Shown: positions 8,470 to 14,916 of the stretch, one piece after another
How positions within the stretch are numbered: position 1 is the stretch's first letter
Layout of the letters: each line of letters starts with the position of its first letter
Source of the DNA: Thermoplasmatota archaeon
GTDB taxonomy: Archaea > Thermoplasmatota > Penumbrarchaeia > Penumbrarchaeales > Penumbrarchaeaceae
Reading direction: 5' to 3'
Length of the DNA: 33,893 bases
Assembly (NCBI GenBank): GCA_049472175.1
Contig: JBLIRF010000002.1
Location: forward strand, 1 to 33,893
The notes under the pieces: generated by a model
The model's input: only the letters and a program-made list of their open reading frames with translations
Databases searched by the model: none
Told to the model about the DNA's origin: nothing
Program-made: the position numbers and the translations under genes

Positions 8470-8937
8470 ATGCTGAAGGAGGGCTGGAAGAAAAAAATGC
8501 CATGGATGGCCCCGCTCGTGGTCCTGATCTTCCTGTTGATCTCATTCGGGATGTACCAGTGGGTCATCCCGAGGACCGACCTCGAGGTCAGAACGGTATA
8601 CCATGAAGCCCTTGGCGGTGGCGGGACCGGAGGAACAGTGAATGTGAATATCCTCCTCTCGAACCTCGGCAACAGGAACGTGAGGTCCCTGGAATGCTCC
8701 GTGTCTGTCAGTTTGAAGGACGGTGGAAGCGTCGGTAGACATGATTCGGGTCCGAGCAACCTTGCAGCAGGTGAGAACATCGAGATCAGGATAACATCGA
8801 TCGGAAGCCATTACGAGACCTACCTCATCGACCTGGATGTCCGCTTCGAATGCTCCGGAAACACTCATTTGAGGTCACTGAGCTACGAGACCAGGGAGGA
8901 TACGATGACACTGGTCTTCGTGGAGAACCTCGGTTGA
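8470..8937 (+). CDS. Small single-pass membrane protein, possible CARDB/LEA2-like beta-sandwich ectodomain
   Basis: ATG at 8470 lies 5 nt after the upstream TGA (8463-8465); the track start at 8449 is TTG. MLKEGWKKKMPWMAPLVVLIFLLISFGMYQWV is an N-terminal TM helix. TVNVNILLSNLGNRNVRSLECSVSV weakly resembles the first strands of CARDB-type domains. Confidence 0.65.
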   Translation: MLKEGWKKKMPWMAPLVVLIFLLISFGMYQWVIPRTDLEVRTVYHEALGGGGTGGTVNVNILLSNLGNRNVRSLECSVSVSLKDGGSVGRHDSGPSNLAAGENIEIRITSIGSHYETYLIDLDVRFECSGNTHLRSLSYETREDTMTLVFVENLG

Positions 8938-8942
8938 GGGTG

Positions 8943-9713
8943 TTATCCGAAATACCTCAGGTCCTCGGGTCTCTCCTTGTCGTCCGTTTCCTCCAGGTTC
9001 TCCTTGATCCTCGATGTGATCTCGTCTATCTGTGTTGCTTTCTTCTCCAGGCTCGAATAATCTATACCGAATCCCAGATATTTCGAGAGGACCTGAAGAA
9101 CGGACCTGGCGGACCTTGGATCAACGAAATATCCAGATGTCTCTCCCATCAAGCAGATACCCGGGATCCCCTCGAGTGAACCCAGTCCGAGAAGAAGGCC
9201 CGAAGCTCCGATTATTCCAGAACTCGGCTCACCGCTTAAAAAAACCACACCGACCTTTTCGAGGGACGGCTTCAGGTCCAACGAGGTCACGGCACCAAGG
9301 ACGCCCGGCTCTTCGACCAGTTTGATCACCCCGTATCCACCGAGGGTGAATATGAGGGTCACTCCCATCTCCTTGGCCAGTTTCACCGTCTCATGGGACA
9401 GCTCATACTGACCCTCCGGGGTTAACCCCTGGTAATCCCCTGTTAGCAGGATCATGTCCCGGTCCCCGGATGCACCCTTTTTATAATAGAGGTCATGCTT
9501 GACGAGCTGGACCGTGCCATCAGCGCCGACAAGTACCTGGGGCGGCAGGTACTTGGAGAAGATCTCGGCGAACTTTGTGAACTTCAGCTCCTCGGCAAGA
9601 TGTTCGGCGGCAAGCTTTCCGACGTTTCCGACCCCTGGAAGTCCTTCGATGAGGACCACGTTCTTGAGGACCGGTCTCTCGATGAACCTGATAATGACAT
9701 TGTCCAACTTCAA
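8943..9713 (-). CDS. PAC2-family proteasome assembly chaperone-like protein (COG2047-type)
   Basis: 256 aa. The N-terminus ...VLKNVVLIEGLPGVGNVGKLAAEHLAEEL is typical of archaeal PAC2 family proteins. The TTG start at 9713..9711 overlaps the Nop10 stop (TTGA). The position downstream of aIF2-alpha and Nop10 matches the conserved archaeal neighbourhood. Confidence 0.78.
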   Translation of the reverse strand: MKLDNVIIRFIERPVLKNVVLIEGLPGVGNVGKLAAEHLAEELKFTKFAEIFSKYLPPQVLVGADGTVQLVKHDLYYKKGASGDRDMILLTGDYQGLTPEGQYELSHETVKLAKEMGVTLIFTLGGYGVIKLVEEPGVLGAVTSLDLKPSLEKVGVVFLSGEPSSGIIGASGLLLGLGSLEGIPGICLMGETSGYFVDPRSARSVLQVLSKYLGFGIDYSSLEKKATQIDEITSRIKENLEETDDKERPEDLRYFG

Positions 9714-9877
9714 TCCTCCTTCTCATCGGTGTGGTACATTCTTCTGTACCTTCCGTAGCGGTCCTGGGGGGAGTATCTCGGTGGAAAGGTGTTTACAGTG
9801 GGGGCATCGCATTCCCTGCATTTCTCCTTCAGGGTGTATCTCATGCATTCGTTGCATCTGAGTATCCTGCTTCTCAC
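9710..9877 (-). CDS. nop10: H/ACA RNP component Nop10
   Basis: 55 aa and missing from the ORF track. Minus-strand translation gives (GTG)RSRILRCNECMRYTLKEKCRECDAPTVNTFPPRYSPQDRYGRYRRMYHTDEKED. This contains the Nop10 zinc ribbon and the PPR(Y/F)SPxDxYGxYRR signature. GTG at 9877 (or 9886) is in the same frame as the aIF2-alpha stop, just downstream of it. Confidence 0.85.
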   Translation of the reverse strand: MRSRILRCNECMRYTLKEKCRECDAPTVNTFPPRYSPQDRYGRYRRMYHTDEKED

Positions 9878-9898
9878 AATGAACACGACCGCTGTTTC

Positions 9899-10699
9899 TC
9901 ATTCCTTGTTCCTGACGAACTTGCCGGACCCGTTCCTCGAGTTCAGATATTCAACCGCCGCCTGGGCGGCGGACCTGAGAATATCCTCAGCCACCTTGTA
10001 GTTGGGGGCAACAAGGATCAATCTGTATCTTGGTGAACCGACATAGAGGATATTAAGCTTGACATCATCGATACCCTTCACGACAGATTCTGCCCTCTCC
10101 AGCGCGGATTTGATATCCTTCATCCCTTCAGGGGTGGTGGATGTAAGCTCCAGAATGCCGTGTATCTCCACATAAGGAGGGGTGATATTCTCCCGGGCCA
10201 TCTTGATGAAGTGTGGGACCCATTCCCCCTCGAAACCCGATTCCTCCAGGGCAACTTCCTTCATTGCGGCTGTCTCGAAGGCGCGGTAGAGCGAACCGTA
10301 TTCAGCGACAAGGTCGTAACCGAACTCTTCCATTCCCTTCTCCATTCCAATTGCCATGTTCTCGCAAAGGAGTTGCAGAAGTTTCTGGGCCTTCTGCTCG
10401 CTCTTCCACTGCTGGATCTTCTCTCTTTTCTGATGCTCGTTGACCGCCTTGAGGGATAGGTCAACGGTCCGGTTCTTCCTTCTCTCATCTATGCCAAGGA
10501 CCTTGCATACGACCTTTTGCCCTTCCCTTACATGGTCCCGTATGTATTTGACCCAGCCTGATGCGACCTCGGCAATGTGAATGAATCCCTCTTTTCCGGG
10601 ATACTCATCAAGCTCAACGACCACACCGAAGTTCTTGACCTGTTTAACGGTGGCGACCACCAGTTCTCCTTCATCCGGCATGTCGTTGGCCTGTGCCAT
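9899..10699 (-). CDS. eif2a: Translation initiation factor aIF2 alpha subunit
   Basis: 266 aa. An N-terminal S1 domain is present (GELVVATVKQVKNFGVVVELDEYPGKEGFIHIAEVASGWV) and the length and architecture match aIF2-alpha. Confidence 0.93.
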   Translation of the reverse strand: MAQANDMPDEGELVVATVKQVKNFGVVVELDEYPGKEGFIHIAEVASGWVKYIRDHVREGQKVVCKVLGIDERRKNRTVDLSLKAVNEHQKREKIQQWKSEQKAQKLLQLLCENMAIGMEKGMEEFGYDLVAEYGSLYRAFETAAMKEVALEESGFEGEWVPHFIKMARENITPPYVEIHGILELTSTTPEGMKDIKSALERAESVVKGIDDVKLNILYVGSPRYRLILVAPNYKVAEDILRSAAQAAVEYLNSRNGSGKFVRNKE

Positions 10700-10704
10700 C
10701 TGTT

Positions 10705-10920
10705 CTATCCTCCTTGTTCAAGGTCCGTATCCGCCCTGCCAAGGACCTCACCCTTGATCTCGGCCTTTCCACCCTTGGGGACGGCCATTGTGGAACCGCA
10801 CACCGTGCAGCTGATCCGGGTATTTGTCCGGTCGAATACTGTCTGGATATTTCCGCAGTCTCCGCATTTCACCTTGAGGAATTTGCTCCTGGGTCCTGTC
10901 ATGGCGATCTCCCCCATCAT
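10705..10920 (-). CDS. rps27e: 30S ribosomal protein S27e
   Basis: The 129-aa track ORF is an over-extension. ATG at 10920 gives MMGEIAMTGPRSKFLKVKCGDCGNIQTVFDRTNTRISCTVCGSTMAVPKGGKAEIKGE..., the C4 zinc ribbon of S27e. This ATG overlaps the L44e stop (ATGA). Confidence 0.9.
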   Translation of the reverse strand: MMGEIAMTGPRSKFLKVKCGDCGNIQTVFDRTNTRISCTVCGSTMAVPKGGKAEIKGEVLGRADTDLEQGG

Positions 10921-11195
10921 TCTGTGAGCTCGAACCTCTTGGCCCTGATCGACGGACTCTGCCAGGACCTCTTGCAGCTCTTGCATGTGTACTTCAGATT
11001 GACCCTCTTGGTAGGTTTTTCCCGTCCCTCTGGTTTCGGTCTGGGGAATCCTCCGTAGCCGGATGTGACCTTCCTGAAGCGCCTCTGACCCCAAGCAAGC
11101 TCACTGGCCTTCCTTTTCTTGACCTTGTCGACCTCTTGAGTGGTGTGGGTCTTGCAAGAGGCGCAATACCGTCTAACAGTCCTTGGCATCTTCAT
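10917..11195 (-). CDS. rpl44e: 50S ribosomal protein L44e
   Basis: MKMPRTVRRYCASCKTHTTQEV...LKYTCKSCKRSWQ matches L44e (eL42) in length and zinc-ribbon layout. Confidence 0.92.
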   Translation of the reverse strand: MKMPRTVRRYCASCKTHTTQEVDKVKKRKASELAWGQRRFRKVTSGYGGFPRPKPEGREKPTKRVNLKYTCKSCKRSWQSPSIRAKRFELTE

Positions 11196-11254
11196 TTCAA
11201 CTCACCTGGATTGCACATAGGTTGGCGGTGCAGGAAGGCGGTATCCTAGAACCA

Positions 11255-11270
11255 CTATTAATAATTAATT
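11255..11270 (-). promoter_or_regulatory. Candidate TATA/AT block for the rpl44e-rps27e-eif2a-nop10-PAC2 operon
   Basis: ctattaataattaatt is the only strongly AT-rich element in the 132-nt gap. It lies about 60 nt upstream of the rpl44e ATG (11195). Confidence 0.35.
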
Positions 11271-11327
11271 GGGTATCGAAAAACCTCTGGAATGGTATCC
11301 AGAAGGTCGATCAACTTGTTCGAGGAT

Positions 11328-11609
11328 CTATATGCCTTTCTGTATAACGATCTCTATCCAGGATACGTTGATGCCGCCTTCTTTTTCATCATCTTCCACA
11401 TTCTCTGTCCCTATACTGATATCGCCAAGGCCATAGCCTTTGAGGAACCTGTTCCTGGCGATCTCCGCAACATCCACCGCCTTCGAGATGGCTCTTCCCC
11501 GGGCTTTGACCGTGACATGCTCTGCCCCTGAATTGAACTGTGTTACCACTGCAAGAACGTAGTTCATAGAGGGCTTTCTGCCGATATAGACCGTGTTGTT
11601 CTCTGTCAT
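11328..11609 (-). CDS. albA: DNA/RNA-binding protein Alba
   Basis: 93 aa. [51 protein letters not shown] is the classic Alba core. Confidence 0.92.
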   Translation of the reverse strand: MTENNTVYIGRKPSMNYVLAVVTQFNSGAEHVTVKARGRAISKAVDVAEIARNRFLKGYGLGDISIGTENVEDDEKEGGINVSWIEIVIQKGI

Positions 11610-11767
11610 TGCTGGTGCCCCCAGTTTTTGTTCGGCCTTATGACATGAGGGTCTGAAATATTTAACAGTTTTCGATTGGTGCTATCTAATGTCCAATGGA
11701 AAAATCAAATATTGGTCATCATCATTCCCGGATGCGGTATATAGACCGAACCAGGAGGTAGACCAAA

Positions 11768-13081
11768 ATGCTGGACCCGTGGTCATATTCGGAGACCGAT
11801 GACTATTCCCACCTGATGGAGGAATTCGGAATAGAACCTTTCGATCCCGCCATGGTATCGGACCCTGACAAGCAACCTAGACTTTTCAAGGAGAGGATCG
11901 TCTTCGGTCACAGGGGTTTCGATTATGTCTCGAGGAGGATAAAGCGGAGGGAGCCATTTGTGATCATGTCGGGTCTTATGCCTTCGGGAAGGATGCACCT
12001 CGGCCACAAGATGGTCATAGACCAGATCGGCTACCTGCAGGAATTTGGAGCCAGGGTCTTCGTGGGCGTTGCTGATCTGGAATCCTACGCCACGAGGAAC
12101 ATGCCCTTGAAGAAGGCCAGGGAACTCGCAATAGAATCCTATGTTCGCAACTACCTTGCCCTGGGCATCGGGAAGGAAGGGTTCGAGGTCTACTTTCAGT
12201 CCAAGAGGGAGGAGGTGAAGGACCTTGCCCTGCTCCTGGGGAAGAAGGTTAATCTATCGACAATGAGAGCGATCTACGGATTCACAGACCAGACCAATAT
12301 GGGGCATGTGAACGCACCCCTTCTGCAGGCCGGTGACATCCTTCATCCGCAGGTCAAGCTCGGACCCGTCCCCGTTGTCGTGCCCGTGGGCATCGACCAG
12401 GACCCGCATATGAGACTATGCAGGGACCTCGCATACTCCTTCAGGACCTACAACGCCATGGAGACCTCCGATGGCAGGATAGGGGTTTTCGTGAAGGTCG
12501 ATGATGATGTCGAGGGACATCTGAGGAGGGCAAAGGCATCCCTGGAAAAGGAGGGTTTCCTGGACTTCAAGATGATCCCTGCATACAAAGCTCTCTATCT
12601 GACAGGAGCTTCGAGGTCGGACCTTATCCAAATGGATGAGGCACTGGCAGGTGTTGAGGCGGAGGAAGGAGAATACGGGTTCCTGCCTCCCGCATCGACC
12701 TATCACCGCTTCATCAAAGGTCTCACTGGAGAGAAGATGAGCTCATCCAAACCCGAGACCGCGATATTCCTCGATGATGAGCCCGAGGAAGCATCCAGAA
12801 AGCTGATGAAGGCCATAACCGGAGGGCGGGAGACGGCCGAGGAGCAGAGGAAGGAAGGGGGACGCCCGGAGATATGCTCGGTATTCGATACGATGCTCTT
12901 CCATACCGTTGAGGAAGAGGATGAGATACAGAGGATAAGGGAGGAGTGTCTTTCCGGTGATAGGCTTTGCGGACAATGCAAGAGGGAAGCGGTCGAGCAT
13001 ATGAGTGGTTTTCTGAGGGAACTCAAGGAAAAAAGGGACGAGACCGAGCATCTTTTAAATGTCTTTGTAAGCGAAAAATAG
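11768..13081 (+). CDS. trpS: Tryptophanyl-tRNA synthetase (archaeal/eukaryotic type)
   Basis: The HIGH-like motif PSGRMHLGH, the GIDQDPH motif and the KMSKS-like motif KMSSSKP are present. SD-like GGAGGT at 11754-11759 sits 8 nt before the ATG. The C-terminal region carries four Cys residues (see findings). TyrRS is the less likely alternative. Confidence 0.85.
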   Translation: MLDPWSYSETDDYSHLMEEFGIEPFDPAMVSDPDKQPRLFKERIVFGHRGFDYVSRRIKRREPFVIMSGLMPSGRMHLGHKMVIDQIGYLQEFGARVFVGVADLESYATRNMPLKKARELAIESYVRNYLALGIGKEGFEVYFQSKREEVKDLALLLGKKVNLSTMRAIYGFTDQTNMGHVNAPLLQAGDILHPQVKLGPVPVVVPVGIDQDPHMRLCRDLAYSFRTYNAMETSDGRIGVFVKVDDDVEGHLRRAKASLEKEGFLDFKMIPAYKALYLTGASRSDLIQMDEALAGVEAEEGEYGFLPPASTYHRFIKGLTGEKMSSSKPETAIFLDDEPEEASRKLMKAITGGRETAEEQRKEGGRPEICSVFDTMLFHTVEEEDEIQRIREECLSGDRLCGQCKREAVEHMSGFLRELKEKRDETEHLLNVFVSEK

Positions 13082-13133
13082 GGTAAATATCAAATATGAC
13101 CGGCCAACATAATACTCCCGGGAAGTCTGACAA

Positions 13134-13460
13134 ATGGTTCGAGGCAAGAACGGCCAAAGGAATTACAAGCCCGGTGACCCGATACATATAGTGGTGACGC
13201 AGGAGTTCGTGGACGATGCCAACCGTTTCTTTTCCTACTGCAGGGACCGGGGCTACAATCCTTCACAGATAATAAGGCAGGCCATGATGGATTGGCTGGA
13301 GAAGGAGGAGAACACGAACCAACAGCCTTCCGAACCCTTATACCCCACCTCTGAATTCGATGAGAAGATCATAGAACTTGTCAGGGAGAGGAAGAAGGTC
13401 AAGACCAGGATGAATCTGAGATCGATCAAGGAGATCCTTGAAGAGGGAAGAATGGCCTAG
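13134..13460 (+). CDS. Small ribbon-helix-helix-like protein, paralog B (same family as 397..711)
   Basis: NYKPGDPIHIVVTQEFVDDANRFFSYCRDRGYNPSQIIRQAMMDWL aligns with paralog A. The C-terminal tail is charged. The TAG stop overlaps the aRF1 stop by 4 nt on the opposite strand. Confidence 0.6.
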   Translation: MVRGKNGQRNYKPGDPIHIVVTQEFVDDANRFFSYCRDRGYNPSQIIRQAMMDWLEKEENTNQQPSEPLYPTSEFDEKIIELVRERKKVKTRMNLRSIKEILEEGRMA

Positions 13461-14689
13461 GCCGAGAACCTGTACCTCAGGATCGCGGCCATGCCGCCGA
13501 ATGCCTGGAGCAGCATATTGCCTTCCGATGAATCCGTTGATATCAACTCGAGCTGCGAGGAGTACATCTCGCAGATCCTTTCGAACTCCTCGACGATATC
13601 CTCTTCTTTCACAAGATTGCAGCTGGAGCCGTCCTCCGGGCAGCTGTATACCGGTTCAGCGTCCTTTCCCTGGTGGACCTCGAAGTTCTTCCCGCATCCA
13701 GGGCATTCGAAGGTCCGGTTGTATGTCTTCATACCTTCGGATACAAGAAGCAGGTCCACTGCTCCGGCCTTGAGTGCGCCCCTTACCTGCTTTTCCCCGT
13801 ATGCCGCCAGTCCACCATCCTCCTTGCGTATCTCGGAGAACAGCCGCTCCATGAGCTCCTTCTCGTGGGAAACCTCGAGATGCTGAAGAGCGGACCTGGC
13901 CTTCTCGATCAGCTCCGAAAGACCCGATTCATCCGTATAGCCCGTGTCGAAGGTGTCGATCACCTTCTTCGAAAGTTCATGATGGATGAATTCGTTCTTA
14001 ACGAAGAAATCCTTGGTGGACCCTGGTCCACCGACAAGTATGCCTTTGAGGTCCTCCTCCCCCAGAAATGCCTCGTTGCAGAGCTCCCCCACCTTCTTGA
14101 AATATTCATGTGCGGCAATCTCTATCAACCTCTCGAACCTGACGCTTGACTGGCCACCTTTCCCGTGCTTCGATGGGACCAGGGACTGTATGTTCTTTAC
14201 GGTCGTGATCCTCTTTCCCTTGAGAAAACCGATCGTGGCCTCCTTGCGGTCTATCACGACCAGACCGAATATTTCGTCCTCGGTCATCATGTCCTTGAGA
14301 TGGTCGAGATAGAAGTAGCTGTCACATCTGTACATGAAGGTTGGAAGGGGGGCAGGGGGTTCGACCACGTGGGTGACCATCCTGGTCTGATCTGCCCCTA
14401 TGGGGACATGACCTACGAAGAAGCCTATTCCGTTCTCCGGCGGGAAACGGATATTCCTCAATCTTGAAAGTATCGATTCTATGGCCGCCATGACGTTCTT
14501 GCGTGTGGATTTGGATTTGATGTTCGAGGATTGGGACAGCTCGTTCCGCAGATAATTGGCGACATCGGGGATCTGTTTTGTGGGCGGGATGAGGAGGGTT
14601 ATCAGCTCGGTGGCCCTTCCCCTGTAGCTCTCGAGCTCCTCGATGGTCCTCTTGAAATCATATCTCTGTCTGGGGGTCAGCTTTGCCAT
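13457..14689 (-). CDS. prf1: Peptide chain release factor aRF1
   Basis: The NIKS motif (SSNIKSKS) and GGQ motif (HGKGGQSSVRF) are present. The track start at 14806 is GTG and adds 39 non-homologous residues. ATG at 14689 gives MAKLTPRQRYDFKRTIEELE... and a canonical 410-aa aRF1. Confidence 0.93.
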   Translation of the reverse strand: MAKLTPRQRYDFKRTIEELESYRGRATELITLLIPPTKQIPDVANYLRNELSQSSNIKSKSTRKNVMAAIESILSRLRNIRFPPENGIGFFVGHVPIGADQTRMVTHVVEPPAPLPTFMYRCDSYFYLDHLKDMMTEDEIFGLVVIDRKEATIGFLKGKRITTVKNIQSLVPSKHGKGGQSSVRFERLIEIAAHEYFKKVGELCNEAFLGEEDLKGILVGGPGSTKDFFVKNEFIHHELSKKVIDTFDTGYTDESGLSELIEKARSALQHLEVSHEKELMERLFSEIRKEDGGLAAYGEKQVRGALKAGAVDLLLVSEGMKTYNRTFECPGCGKNFEVHQGKDAEPVYSCPEDGSSCNLVKEEDIVEEFERICEMYSSQLELISTDSSEGNMLLQAFGGMAAILRYRFSA

Positions 14690-14867
14690 CTGTTTCACCG
14701 GTGTTCCCGCTGGAGTGAAGTGCCCAACAGAGGATAGTGGTTTATAAGCTTTGCTCGGGGGCCGGACCCATGATATCCCAGGTCCGGAGCCAACGGGTCC
14801 AGCCACACCTTATCCACTTCGCGAAATAGTATTATACCATAATGTTATATGAACCAGCGCAATCCCC

Positions 14868-14891
14868 CCGACCAGGTCCGACCCTGGTCGG
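14868..14891 (+). other. Perfect 9-bp stem / 6-nt loop inverted repeat in the leader of the large surface-protein gene
   Basis: ccgaccagg (14868-14876), tccgac, cctggtcgg (14883-14891). It lies between the TATA-like attataccataatgttatat (about 14831-14850) and ATG 14917. Confidence 0.4.
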
Positions 14892-14916
14892 AGCGATCTC
14901 GGACCGGGTGAACAGC

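Noticed and set aside
10921-11094. Long (129-aa) version of the S27e ORF
   Set aside because: The extension overlaps the L44e coding sequence in another frame and has no homology. S27e homology begins at ATG 10920, which forms an ATGA junction with the L44e stop.
14690-14806. GTG-initiated 39-aa extension of aRF1
   Set aside because: aRF1 homology and canonical length start at ATG 14689 (MAKLTPRQRY...). The extension is G/P/S-rich and covers the gene's own TATA-like element (gcttataaacc on the minus strand).
14842-14916. ATG 14842 as the start of the large surface protein
   Set aside because: This ATG sits inside the AT-rich TATA-like block, and the 25 added residues precede an otherwise ideal signal peptide beginning at ATG 14917. 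It is not excluded, only less likely.
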